Source of the DNA: the human T2T-CHM13v2.0 reference genome, Homo sapiens
Length of the DNA stretch: 64,000 nucleotides
Direction of reading: 5' to 3'
Assembly (NCBI GenBank): GCA_009914755.4
Contig: CP068257.2
Coordinates: forward strand, 5,920,001-5,984,000
The notes beneath the pieces are model-generated. The model made no database searches. It was given only the letters and a program-made list of their open reading frames with translations, and was not told where the DNA came from. The position numbers were made by a program, and so were the translations under genes. Below, in pieces: positions 28,511-43,559 of the stretch. How positions within the stretch are numbered: the first letter of the stretch is position 1; every line of letters starts with the position of its first letter.

Positions 28511-31500
28511 GACTCTATTCCTCTCCAATCCATTCCATTCCATTCGGTTCCACTGCATTCAATTCCATTCCATGCCATTCCATTCGATTCATTTCCCTTC
28601 CATTCCATTCCATTCCACTCCATTCAACTCTTTTCAATTCCATTCCATTCCACTCCATTCAACTCTTTTCAAATGCATTCCATTCCATTCCAGTCCATTC
28701 CTTTCCTTTTTATTCCCCTGCATTTCATACTATTCCATTCCACTCCACTTGACTCCATTCCACTCCACTCGACTCCATTCTACTCCATTCCATTCCACTA
28801 GACTCCACTCCATTGCATTCCACTGCATTCCATTCTACTCCATTCCATTCCACAGCTTTCCACGCCGTTGCATTCCATTCCACTCTACTCCAATAAACTC
28901 CATTCCATTCCACTCCACTCCATTCCATTCCACACCATTCCATGCCGTTGCATTCCATTCCACTCTACTCCATTAAACTCTATTCCATTCCACTCCACTC
29001 CATTCCATTCCATTCCAGTCCATTCCATTCCATTACACTCCATTCCATTCCATTCCATACCTTTCCATTCGATTCCATTACACTACACTGCATTCCATTC
29101 CACTCCACTCCAATCCATTCCATTCCATTCCATTCCCCTCCACGCCATTCCATTCCACTCTATTTCACCACATTCCATTCCACTCAACTCCACTCCATTC
29201 CATTCCACTCCATTCCATTCCACTCCATTCCATTCCACTCCACTCCAATCCATTCCATTCAATTCCCCTTCTCTCCATTCCACTCCATTCCATTCCACTA
29301 CACTCCCCTCGTATCCATTGTATTCCATTCCATTCCTTTCCATTCCATTGCATTCCACTCCATTCCATTCCATTCATTCCACTCCACTCAATTCCATTCC
29401 ATTCTATTCCTCTCCCTTCAATTCCACTCCACTCCACTCCAATCCATTCCACTCCATTCCATTCCATTCCTTTCCACCCCATTCCATTCCTCTCCATTCC
29501 ATTCCATTCCTTTCCGGTCCATTCCCTTCCACTCCTATATACTCCAATTGACTGAATTCCATTCTATTCCATTCCATTCCATTTTATTGCAATCCATTCC
29601 ATTCCATTCAACTTGACCCAACTTCAATTTCATTCAACTTGACGGAAATCCACTTCAATCCATTCCAATCAATTCCATTCTATATAATCCCATTCCATTC
29701 TATTCCACTCCTTTCTATTCCATTCCACCCCATTCCATTCCAATCCACTTTAATCAACTACATTACACTCCTTTCCATTCCACTCCACTCACCTCCTCTC
29801 CATTCCATTCCATTTTATTCCATTCCTCTCCACTACTCTCCATTCCACTCAAATCCATTCCATTCCATTGCATTTCTTTCCACTGCATTCCATTCCACTC
29901 CATTGCATTGCATTCCATTCCTTTCCACTCCATTACACACCACTCCGTTCCACTCCATTCCATTCTGTTACATTCTATTCCTCTACATTCTATTCCATTC
30001 CATTCCATTCCAATCCATTCCATTCCCTTCCATTACATTCATTTCCACTGCATTCTTCTAGACTCCATTCCATTAAATTCCATTCCACTCCTTTCCATTC
30101 AATTCCATATCCTTTAATTCCATTCCATTCAATTCCGTACCACTCCACTCCACTCCATTCCATTACACTGCATTCAATTCCACTCCACTACATTCCATTC
30201 CATTCCACCCCATTCCACTCGTGTTCACTCCATTCCACTCTACTCAATTCAATTCCATTCCTTTCCATTCCACTACATTCCGTTCCATTCCATTCCACTC
30301 TACTCCATTCCACTCCTTTGCATTCCATTCCATTCCATTTCACTTTTAAGCATTCGATAACTTTCACTCCATTCCAATCCATTCCACTCCATTCCATACC
30401 ATTCAACTCCACTCCACTCCATTCCACTACATTCCATTCCATTCCATTCCACTCCATTCCATGCCATTCCACTCCACTCCCCTCCTTTCCATTCCATTCC
30501 ATGCATTCCATTCCATTCCTCTCCACTCCCCTCCTTTCCATTCCATTCCATGCATTACATTCCATTCCTCTCCACTCCCCTCCATTCCATTCCATTCCAT
30601 TCCATGCATTCTATTACACTCCATTCCATTCAATTCTATTCCACTGCACTCCATTCTTTTCCATTCCACTCTATTCTTCTCCATTCCACTCCATTCCATT
30701 CCACTCAGCTCCACTCCATTCCAGTCAAATCATTTCCACTCCACTCCATTGCACTCCATTCCATTCCAGTCCATTCCATTCCACTCCACTACTCTCCACT
30801 CCACCCCACTGCAATCCATTCCATTCCATTCCATTCCATTCCATTGCATTCCATTTCTATCCATTCCGTTCCTCTCGATTCCATTCCATTCCATTTTAAT
30901 CCTCTCGATTCCATACCTTTCCATTCCATTCCATTCCGGTCCATTCCATTCCACTCCACTCCCTTCCACTCCTCTCCACTCCACTGCATTCCATTCCATT
31001 CCACTCTATTCCATTCCACTCCTTTTCACTCCACTCAACTCCATACCACTCCATTCAATTCCACTCCATTCCTTTCCACTCCATTGCATTCCACTCCAGT
31101 CCATTCCCTTCCACCCCATTCCATTCCAATCCATTCCATTCCATTCCATTCCATTCCATTCCATTCCATTCCAGTCCATTTCATTGCACTTTACTCCAAT
31201 CCACTCCGTTCTATTCCACTGTATTCCATTCCAATCCATTCCCCTCTATTCCACAGCATTCAATTCGTTCCATTCCACTCCGTTTCAATCCATTCCATTC
31301 CACTCCACTCCACTCCATTCCTTTCCACTCCACTACATTCCAATCCATTCCATTCCATTCTTTTCCATCCCATTCCATTCCACTCTAATAAGTTCAATTC
31401 CACTCCATTCCACTCCATTCCATTCCATTCCATTTCACTTCATTCCATTCCATGCCATTCCATTCAATTTCATTCCTTTCCATTCCATTTCATTCCATTC

Positions 31501-31629
31501 CATTCCAATCAATTCCATTCCACTCTATTCCCTTCCATTCCGTTCAACTCTATTCCATTCCACTCTATTCCATTCCACTCCTTTGCTTTCAATTGCATTC
31601 CATTCCACTCGAAACCATTGGATACCTTT

Positions 31630-32027
31630 CACTCCATTCCATTCCATTCCATTCCCCTCATTTCCATTTCATTCCATTCAATTCCATTGCATTCCTCTCC
31701 ATTCCACTGCACTCCCTACCATTCCATTCCATTCCAATCTATTCCCCTCCATTCCACTCCATTGGATTCCACTCTTGTCACCTCCATTCAACTCCATTCC
31801 ACTCCATTCAATTCCTTTCCGTTCGATTCCATTCCATTCCATTCCAATCCATTCCTTATTACTCCACTTGAATCCACTCCACTCCACTCCATTCCATTCC
31901 ACTCCACTTCACTCCACTGCATTCTGCTCCATTCCGTTGCATTCCATTCAAATCCATTCCACTCCATTCTATTAGATTCCTCTCCACTCCATTCCATTAC
32001 ATTCCACTCCATTCCATTCCATTCCAT
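31630..32027. repeat. Near-identical duplicated block, copy B (~398 bp; 20,230 bp from copy A)
   Basis: See copy A. The flanks are not similar at this identity. The left flank has only weak similarity (cttgaaatccgtacctttccactc vs ctcgaaaccattggatacctttcactc). Confidence 0.85.
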
Positions 32028-33744
32028 TCCATTCCAATCCATTCCATTCCATTTCATTCCATTCCATTGCATTCAATTCCTTACCATTCCATTACTCTCG
32101 ATTCCATTCCATTTCATTCCATTCCATTCCATTCCATTCCATTCCATTCCATTCCATTCCATTCCATTCTATTCCAATTCTCTTGATTCCATTCCATTCC
32201 ATTGCATTCCATTCCGGTCCAATCCATTCCACTCCACTCCAATTCACTCCTCTCCACTCCACTGCATTCCATTTCACTCCTCTCCATTCCATTACATTCC
32301 TTTCCACTCCACTTAACTCCATACCACTACATTCATATCCACTCCATTCCATTCCACTCCATTCCATTACGGTCCATTCCATTCCACTCCACCCCTCCCC
32401 ACTCCACTCCACTGCATTCCATTCTCACCAATTCATTCCCCTCCATTCCATTCCACTCCATTCCGTTCCACCCCATTCCATTGCAATCCATTCCATTCCA
32501 TTCCATTCCACTCTACTCCAGTCCACTCCAATCTATTCCACTGCATTACATTCCAATCCATTTCTTTCCATTCCATTGAATTTCATTCCAATCGACCCAG
32601 CTCCAATCCACTCCAATCCACTCAATTTATTTGCATTCCATTCCGTTCATTTTCATTCCGTTCCATTCTATTCCACTCCACTTATTTCCATTCCACTCCA
32701 ACACACTCCATTCCATTCGTTTCCTTTCTATTTCATTCCATTCCATTCCATTCCATTCCATTCCATTCCACTCCTTCCCATTCCATTCTTTTCATTCCAT
32801 TCCATTACACTCCACTGCACTGCATTTCTCTCCACTAAATTCCATTCCATACCATTCCATTCCATTGCTTTCCACTCCATTCCTTTCCATTCCATTCCAC
32901 TGAATTCCCCTCCACTCCTTTGCATTCAACTCCACTCCATTTCGTTTCAGTACACTACTATCCGTTCCATTGCATTTCATTCCACTCCCCTCCATTGCAT
33001 TCATCTCCACTCCATTCCATTTCATGATACTGCACTCCCTTCCATTCCATACCAATCCATTCCACTCCATTCCATTCCATTCCGTTCTATTCCATTCCAT
33101 TCCATTCAATTCCACTTCAATCCATTCCATTCCATTCTGTTCCTTTCCATTCCATTCCATTCCATTGCATTCCGTTCTATTATATTCCATTCCATTCCAT
33201 TCCACTCCACTCCATTCCACTTCACTCCAGTCCATTCAACTCCATTCCATTCCATTCCACTCCACTCCATTCCATTCCAATCCACTCCTCTCTATTGCAC
33301 TCTATATTCCATCGCACTACAATACACTCCATTCCATTCCACTCCATTCAATTCCACTCCACTCCATTCCTTTCCACTCCACTGCATTCCATTCCAGTCC
33401 TTTCCATTCCATTCAAATCCATTCCACTTCATTCCACTCCATTCCATTCCTCTTCATTCCTCCCGACTCCATTCCAGTCCACTCCATTGCCTTCCATTCC
33501 ATTCCAATCGATTCCACTCCAGTACACTTCATTCCACCCCAATCCATTCCATTCCATTCAATTACCATCCACTCGACCTCACTCCACTGCACTCCATTCG
33601 ATTCCATTCCTTTCATTTCCATTCTACATCACTCAATTATATTTCACTCCATTCCATTCCACCCCATTCCATTCCTCTCCACTCCATTCCACACCATTAC
33701 TTTCCACTCCACTGCATACCCTTCCATTCCATTCAATCACATTC

Positions 33745-33830
33745 TATTCAATTTCATTCCACTCGACCCCACTCCACTCCACTCCAATCAATTCCATTGC
33801 TTCCATTCCATTCCGTTTCATTCCCATTCA
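33745..33830. repeat. Instance of the recurrent non-pentameric landmark motif (tttcaatttcattccACTCGACCCCActccactccactccaatcaattccattgcttccattcc)
   Basis: Closely related instances at 38,165-38,300 (duplicated), 41,525-41,600, 43,150-43,235 and 32,580-32,660. Shorter CCACTCGACCCC-type cores at ~1,030, 1,578, 3,960, 14,590, 21,350, 23,345, 40,250, 40,680, 45,740, 46,340, 54,335, 55,245 and 57,720. Confidence 0.7.
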
Positions 33831-36800
33831 TTCCATTCCACTCCACTGAATTCCAATCCACTCCACCCCACGCCATTGCGTTTCATTCCATTCCATTCCA
33901 TTCCACTGCATTTCCTTCCATTCCACTCCATTCCATTCCAATGCACTCCACTGCACTACATTCCACTCCATTCCATTCCAATCCACTCCTCTCCTCACCA
34001 TTCCATTCCATTCCACTCCACTGCAGTCCATTCCATTCCTCTCTACTCCACTCCAATCCATTCCAATCCATTCCATTCCATCACATTCCATTCTATTACA
34101 CTGCATTGCATTCGATTCCATTTCATTGCATTCCATTCCTTTCATTCCATTTCTCTCTACTCCATTCCATACCACTCCACCCCACTCCACTCCATTCCAC
34201 ACCATTCCATTCCATTCCACTCTGTTCTGTTCCATTCCATTCCTCTCCACTCCATTCCACTCAATTTCATTCCACTCCACTCCACTCCATTGCATTCCAC
34301 TCCTCTTTATTCCACTCCATTCCATTCCACTCCACTCCATTTCGTTCCATTCCATTTCACTCCTCTCCATCCCTTTCAATATCATGCCAACGCACGCCCT
34401 TCCTCCCAATTCCATTCTATTCCTTTCCATTGCATTCCATTCCACTCCACTGCATTCTATTCCATTCAACTCCAATCCATTTCACTCCACTGCACTCCAC
34501 TCCATTCCATTCCATACCACTCCATTCTACGGTCTCCATTCCACCCCATTCCATTTCATTCCACCACACTCCATTCCATTCCATTCCATTCCATTCCATT
34601 CCATTCCGTCTATTCCATTCCACCCCACTCCATGGCACTCCAATCAACTCCATTCGAGTCCACTCCATTCCATTCCATTCTCTTCCACTCCACTCCATTC
34701 CGCTCCATTCCACTACATTCAATTCCATTCCACTTCCCTCGATTACATTCCATTCCATTCCAATCCACTCCATTCCATTCAATTCCACTCCACTGCATTC
34801 CATTCCATTCCAATCCATTCCATTGTCTTCCATTCCTTTCCATTCCATTTCATTCCATTGCATTGCATTCCATTCCATTCCACTCCACTCAGTTCCATTC
34901 CATTCGACTCCACTCCATTCCATTCCATCCCATTCCACTCCGCTCCACTCCATACCATTCCACTCCATTCCATTCCACTCCACTCCACTCATTTCCATTC
35001 CATTCCACTGCATTCCATTCCATTCCACTCCATTCCATTCCATTCCATTCCATTGCATTCCATTCCATTCCATTCCTTTCCCTTCCATTCCACTCCACTC
35101 TATTCCATTCCTTTACGTTCCACTCTATTCCACTCCATTCCATTCCATTCCATTCTATTCCATTCCCTTCCACTCCATTCCATTCCAGTCCTTTCTATGC
35201 CATTCCATTCCATTCCATTCCACTACACACCGTTCCATTCCATTACACTCCATTCCATTCCACTGAATTCCATTCCATTCCATTCAATTGCGTTCCAATC
35301 CATTCCACTCCACTCAGTTCCATTCCATTCCACTCCACTCCAATCCATTCCATCCCCTTGCTCTCCACTCCACTCCATAAAATTCAACTCCAGTACATTC
35401 CACTCCAATCCACACAGTTCCATTCCATTCCACTCCATTCCATTCCATTCGATAACATTTCATTCCATTCCACTCCATTCCATTCCATTCCTTTCGATTC
35501 CATTCAATTGCGCTCTACTCAATTCCATTCCACTCCACCCCACTACATTCCATTCCATTCCATTTCATTCCATTCCGTTCAATTTCATTTCATTCTTTCC
35601 ATACCATTCCATTACACTCCATTCCATTCCATTCCACTCCATTTCCTTCCATTCCACTCCAGTCCACCACATTCCACTCCAATCCATTCCACTCTACTCC
35701 CCTCTTCTCCATTCCATTCCATTCCATTCCGTTCCACTACACCCCAGTCCATTCCATTTCATTCCACTCCACTCCACGCCTTTCCAATCCATTTCAATGC
35801 ATCACATGCCATTCAATTTCAATGCATTCCATTCGATTCCATTCCACTCCATTTCACTCCACACTATTCCATACCACTCAATCCCACTCCACTCTATTCC
35901 ACTCTATTCCATTCAATTCCACTCCACTCCATTCCATTCCACTCCATTCCACTCCACTTCATTCCACTCCACTCCACTCCATTCCATTCCACTCCTCTCT
36001 ATTCCGCTCTATTGAATTCCATTCCATTGCACTCCACTCCATTCCGTTCGATTGCATTCCATCCAACTGCCCTCCTTCCCGTTCCATTCCATTCCTTTCC
36101 ATTCCATTCCATTCTCCTCTACTTCATTTCTTTCCACTCCACTCCACTCCATTCCATTCCATTCCATTCCATTCCACTACGCTCCATTCCATTCCATACC
36201 ACTCTACTCCACCCATTCAATTCCATCCCATTCCATTTCATTACAACACACTGTACTCCATTCCATTCTGCTCTTTTCCATTCCACGCCACTCCCTTCCA
36301 CTCCACTCATCTCCATTTCATTCCACTCCATTCCATTCCATTCCATTCCACTCCAAACCATTACACTCCATTCCACTACATTCCATTCCATTCCACTACC
36401 CTCGTTTATATTCCATTCCATTCCACTCCCCTCCATTCCATTCAATTCAACTGCACTCCATTCTATTCCATTCCACTCCATTCCATTGCATTCCATTCCT
36501 TTCCATTCCATTCCACTCCACTCAATTCCATTCCGTTCCTCTCCACTCCATTCCGTTCCATCCCTTTCCACTCCACTCAACTCCATACCATTCCCCTTCA
36601 TTCCATTCCACTGCACTCCACACAGTTCCATTCCATTCCACTCCATTCCATTCCAATCCTTCCGATTCCATTCCATTCCATTCCTTTCCATTCCATTCCA
36701 TTCCACTCTATGCCATTCCATTCCTTTCCATTCCATTCCACTACAGTCAATTCTGTTCCTTTCCATTCCACTCCACTCCATTCCATTCCATTCTTCTCCA

Positions 36801-38094
36801 TTCCATTCCACTCCATTCCATTCCATTCCATTCCATTCCATTCCATTCAATTCCATTCCATTCCACTCCTTTTAATTCCATTCCTTTCCATTCCATTCCA
36901 TTGCACTGCACACCGTTTCATTTCATTCCACTCCATTCCATTCCACTCCTTTCAATTCCATTCCATTCTTTTCCACTCCACTCCATTCCATTCCATTCCA
37001 CTCCATTCCATTCCATTCATTTCCTTTCCATTCCATTCCTTTCTATTCCATTCCACTCCATTCAATTCCACTCCTCTCAATTCAACTCCATTCTCCTCTA
37101 CTCCACTACAATCCACTCTTCTCCATTCCATTCCATTCCATTCCACTGCACTTCAGTCCATTCCAATCCATTCCATTCCATTCCCCTCCACTCCACTCAA
37201 CTCCATTCCACTCCATTCCATTCCGACCTATTCCTTTCCACTGCACTCCATTCCACTCCATTCCACTCCAATCTATTCCATTCCATTCCCTTCCATTCCA
37301 CTATAATTCCTTCCATTCCATTCCAGTCCACTCCATTCCACTCCAATCCATTCCACTTCATTCCACTGCACACCACTGCATTCCATTCCATTCCATTTCA
37401 TTCTATTCAATTTCATTCCACAAATCCCCACTACATTCCAGTCTACTCCACTCCATTCCATTCCATTTCATTAAATTCCGTTCAATTCCATTGCATTCCA
37501 ATCTACCGCATTCCATTCCACTCCAACCCACTCCATTCCATTCCTTTCCGTCTCATTCCATTCCATTCCATTTGATTCCATTCCCTTCCATCCCATTCCC
37601 CTCCATTCCATTACATTCCACTCCCTTCCCTTCCAATGGGTTCCATTCCACCACATTCCTCTCCAATCCATTCCAATCCTCTCTATTCCATTCCATTCGA
37701 TTCCATTCCACACCACTCCCCTCCTCCCCTTTCCGTTCCATTGCAATCCATTCCATTCCATTCCAATCTGTTCGATTCCAATCCATTGAATTACATTCTA
37801 TTCCACTTAACTCAATTCCCTTCCATTCCACTCAAATCCACTTCATTCAACCCCATTCCTTTCCATTCCTTTCCATTGCCTTTCATTTATTTACCATCCA
37901 CCCGATCCCACTCCACTGCACTCCACTCCACTACATTCCACTCCACTCCACTGAACTCCATTCCACTTCATTCCATTCCACCCCATTCCATTCCACTCCA
38001 CTCCCTTCCACTCTATTCCAGTCCAATCCATTCCATTCCATTCCATTCCACTCTATTCCATTCCATTCCATTCAACTCCACGTCATTCCACTCC

Positions 38095-38260
38095 ATTCGA
38101 TTCCACTCCACAGCGTTCCTTTCCTTTCCATTCCATTCCATCCCATTCTTTTCAATTTCATTTTACTCGACCCCAATCCATTCCACACCACAGCGTTCCT
38201 TTCCTTTCCATTCCATTCCATCCCATTCTTTTCAATTTCATTTTACTCGACCTCACTCCA
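38095..38260. repeat. Local tandem duplication, 2 x ~80 bp, containing the landmark motif
   Basis: 'cacagcgttcctttcctttccattccattccatcccattcttttcaatttcattttactcgacc(c/t)ca' occurs at 38,109 and 38,189. Confidence 0.85.
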
Positions 38261-41200
38261 TTCCACACCACTCCAATCAATTTCATTGCTTCCATTCCAT
38301 TCTGTTCCATTCCAGTCCTTTCCATTCCACTCCATTCAAATCTATTGAATTCAACTGCACACCATGCAATTCCATTCCATTCCATACCTATCCATTCCCT
38401 TCCACTCCATTCCATTCCAATCTACTCCACTCCACTACATTCCTCTACATTCCATTGCACTCCACTCTACTCTACTCTATTCCGTTCCATTCCTCTCCAC
38501 TCCGGTCAATTCTACTCCATTGCATTCCATTTCGTTCGATTCATTTCAAATGCATTGTTTTCACCTCCATTCCAATCCATTCCATTCCACTCCACTCCAC
38601 TCCATTCTATTCCACTCCTCCCCATTCCACTCCATTCCATTCCACTCCTCGCCATTCCATTCTATTCCATTTCACTCCACTCCATTCCATTACATTGCAT
38701 TCCACCCCACTCCCCTCCTCCCAATTTCACTCCACTCCTTTCCATTCCATTCCATTGCCCTCCACTCCATTCCATTCTAATCCACTCCACTCCATTCCAT
38801 TCCATTCCATTCCATTCCATTCCATTTCACTACACTCCGTTCCATTGCATGACACTAAATTCCACCCACTTCATTCCATCCCGTTCCATTTCATTCCACC
38901 ACATTCCATTCCACTTTATTCCATTCCAACCCACTCCATTCCACTCCACTCAACTCCATTCCAGTCCACTCCATTCCTTTCCACTCCATACCATTCCACT
39001 CTACTCCACTCCCATCCATTCCAGTCCATTCCATTCCTCTCCACTCCATTCCAATCCATTCCAATCCATTCCATTCCATTTCACTCATCTCGTTTACATT
39101 CAATTTCATTCCACTCTAATCCTTTACAGTCTATTCCAATCCACTCCAATCCATTCCCTTCCATTCCACTCCATTCCTTTGTATTCCATTCCATTCCATT
39201 CCATTACAATCCATTCCATTCCGTTCCAATCCTTTCCAATCCATTCCATTCCATTCCATTGAATTCCATTCCATTTCACTCCACTCAATTCCATTCCATT
39301 CCACTCCACTCCATTCTACTCCATGCCATTGCATTCTATTCCACTCCTTTCCATTCCAGCCCACTCCATTACATTCCACTCCATTCCATTCCATTCCATT
39401 CCTTTGAATTCAATTCCATTCCACTAAACTAAATTCCATTCAATTCCACTCCACCCCAATTCACTCCAATACACTCCATTCCATTCCATTCCAATCTATT
39501 TCACTCTACTCCATTTCATTCAATTCCACTCCATTGCATTCCATTCCATTCCATTCCATTCCAATCCATTGAATTCCTTTCCATTCCAGTCCACTCCATT
39601 CCATTCCACTCTACTCCATTTTGCTCCATTCAATTCCATTCCATTCCTTTCCTTTCCATTCCATTCCACTCTACTCCATTCTATTCCATTCCACTCCATT
39701 CCATTCCATTCTATTCCATTCCGTTTCTTTCCATCACACGGAATTCCATTCCATTCCACTCCACTCCATTCCATTCCATTCCACTCCACTCCATTCCATT
39801 CCATTCCACTCCACTCCATTCCATTCCATTCCACTCCATTCCAATGCATTCAATTCCTTTCCTTTCCATTCAATTCCATTCTATTCCATTCAATTGAATT
39901 CCATTCCATTCCCCTCCACTCAATTCCATTCCATTCCACTCCACTCCATTCCACTGCATTCCATTCCATTCCATTCCTTTCCATTCCTTTTCAATCCATT
40001 CCTTTCCATTCCCCTCCATTCCGTTCCATTCCATTCCACTCCTTTCAATTCCATTCCATTCAATTCCATTCCATCCTACTGAATTCCATTCCATTCCACT
40101 ATACTAAATTTCATTCCATTCCACTCGATGCCAGTTCACTCCACTCCATTCCATTCCTTTCCATTCCAATCTATTCCAGTCCACCCAATTTCATTCTATT
40201 CCATTCCATTCCATTCCACTCCATTCCATTCCACTCCACTCCATTCCATTCCACTCGACTCCATTCCATTCCATTCAATTCCACTCATCTCCTTTCCATT
40301 CCTTTCCACTCCATTCCATTCCTTGGCATTCCACTCAACTCCATTCCATTCCTTTCAACTCCATTCCATTCCATTTCATTTTATTCCTTTCCATTCCAAT
40401 CCATTGAATTCAATTCCATTCAACTGCACTCCATTCTATTCCAGTCCACTCCATTCCACTCCATTCCATTCCATTCCATTCCATTCCATTCCATTCCATT
40501 CCATTCCATTCCAATTTATTCCTATCTATTCCATTCCACTCCACTCCTTTCTATTCCATTCCATTCCATTCCATTCCATTCCATTCCATTCCATTGCACT
40601 CTACTCCATTCCATTCTGTTCCACTCCACTCCATTCCATTGAATTCCCTTCCATTCCACTCCATTCCATTCCATTCCACCCGACCCCACCCCATCCCACT
40701 CCACTCCATTCCATTCCATTCCATTTCATTCCATTTCCTTTCATTACAATACATTCCACTGCTTTCCCTTCCATTACACTACATTCCATTCTAATCCAGT
40801 CCATTCCACTTCATTCCACTCCATTCCATTCCTGTCCACTGTCCCCCTCTCCATTCTATTCGGTTCCAATCCATTCCGTTCCCTTCCATTCCGTTCGATT
40901 CCATTCCATTCCATTCCACTCCACTCCACTACATTCCACTTCACTCCATTCCATTCAACTCCACTCCTTTCCTTTCCATTCCACTCCTCTCCATTCCACT
41001 CTATGCCATTGCACTCCACACCACTCCATTCCATTCCACTCCATTCCATTCCAATCCACTCCGCTGCATTCCGCTTCATTACAATCCATTCCATTCCACT
41101 TCATTCCACTGGTCTCCATTCCACTCCATTCCATTCCATTCCATTCCATTCCATTCCATTCCATTCCATTCCATACACTCCACTCCATTCCATTCCATTC

Positions 41201-43559
41201 CATTCCTCAAATCCACTTCTTTCCACCTCATTGCATTCCATTCCATTCAATTTCCATCCAGTGGAACCCACTCTTCTTCACTTCACTCCAATCCGTTCCA
41301 TTGCTTTCCATTTCATTGCATTCCATTCCAATCCACTCATCTCTCTTCCACTCCATTCAATTCTTCCCCATTCCATTCCTCTCCACTGCATACCACTCCA
41401 TTCCACTCCCATCCAGTCCATTGCATTCCACTCTAATGCATTCCATTCCATTCCACTCCACGCAATTCCCCTGCATTCCATTCCACTCCACTGCATGCCC
41501 TTCCTTTCCATTGCATTCCATTTTATTCAATTTCATTCCACTCGACCCCACTCCACTCCACTCCACTGCAATCAATTCCATTGATTCCATTCCATTCCTT
41601 TCCATTCCAGTCGTTTGCTGTCCACTCCACTCAATTCCATTACACTCTACCGAACGCAATTCCATTCCATTCCATTCCATTACAATCCATTCCATTCCTT
41701 TCCAATGCATTTCATTTCATTATACTCCATTCCATTCCAATCCACTCCTCTCCTCTCCATTCCATTCCATTCTATTCCATTCCATTTCATTCCATTCCAC
41801 TCTACTCCAGTATATTCCTTTCCACTACACTCCACTTCACTCCATTCCAATCCATTCCATTCCATCATATTCCATTCAATTTCACTGCATTCCTTTCGAT
41901 TCCTTTCCATGCCATTCCTCTCCACTCCACTCCATTTCATTCAATTCCACTTCATTCCATTCAATGACACTACACTCCGTTGCACTCCATACCAATCCAT
42001 TCCACTCCATTCCATTCCATTCCATTCCATTCCATTCCATTCCATTCCATTCCATTCCATCACACTCCTTTCCATTACATTACTCTCTACTCCATTGCAC
42101 TCCACTGCATTCCAATCCACAGAACTCCATTTCATTCCCCTCCTTTTCATTCCAATCTATATCATTCCACTCCACTCCATTCCATTCCATTCCATTCCAC
42201 CACACTCCTTTCCATTACATTCTAACTCTACTCCATTCCACTCCACTCCAATGCAATCCACTCCAATCCATTCCATTCCCATCCATTTCATTCCAATCTA
42301 TACCTTTCCTCTCCACTCCATTCCATTCCATTTCATCGCACTACACTCCTTTCCATTCCATTCCACTCCTTTCCATTCCACTCCAATCCCCTTCTTTACA
42401 TTCCATTCCATTCCATTTCATTACATTCCGTTCCGTTCCTTTCCATTCCAATCCACTCCAATACATTCCATTTCACTCCATTTCATTCCATTCTATTCCA
42501 CTCTACTCCATTCCATTCTATTCCACTACATTCCGTTCCATTCCACTCCATTCCATTCCATTCCATTCCACTCCACTTCATTCCATTCCATTCCCATCCA
42601 TTCCATTCCTTTCCACCCCACTTCCCTCCTCATTCCATTCCATTCCATTCCATTCTATTCCTCTCCAACCCATTCCATTCCTGTACACTCCATTCCATTT
42701 AATTCCATTCCATACCACTCCATTCCATTACACTCCATTCCATTCCATTCTACTCCATTCCACACCACTTCATTCAATTCCATTCCTTTCCACGTCACCC
42801 ATTCCGTTCTATTCTACTCTACTCCTTTCCTCTCCACTCAACTCCATTACATTCCACTCCTTTCGATTCCATTCCTTTGTATTCCATTCCATTCCATTCC
42901 ATTCCGCTCCATTCCATACCACTCCTTTCCACTCTACTACATTCTGTTCCACTCCATATCATTCGTTTCCAATTCGTTCCATTCCATTCCACTCCACTCC
43001 TTTCCTCTCCACTCCATTCCACTCCAATCCCCTCACTTACATTCCATTCCACTGTAATCCATTCCATTCCACTCCACTCCATTCCACTCCATTCCATTTC
43101 ACTCAACTGCATTCCATACCATTACATTCTATTGCATTCCATTCCATTCTTTTCAATTTCATTCCACTCGACCCCAATCCACAGAACTCCACTCCAATCA
43201 ATTCTATTGCTTCCATGCCATTCCGTTCCATTGCAATCCGTTCCATTCCACTCCACTCAAATCCATTCCAATCCAACCCACGTAGTTCGATTCCATTATA
43301 TTCCAATCATTGCCATTCCATTCCATTCTCCTCTATTTCATTCCTTTCCACTCCACTCCAGTTCATTCCACTCCATTCCATTCCACTCCACTTCCTACCT
43401 CTGCATTCCATTCCATTCCACTCCACTAAGTTCCATTCCATTCCACTCCACTGCATTCCATTCCATCCATTCCACACCACTCCACTCCATAGCATTCCAC
43501 TCCATTCCATTCCACTCCACTCCACACAGTTCCATTCCTTTCCACTCCATTCCATTCCA

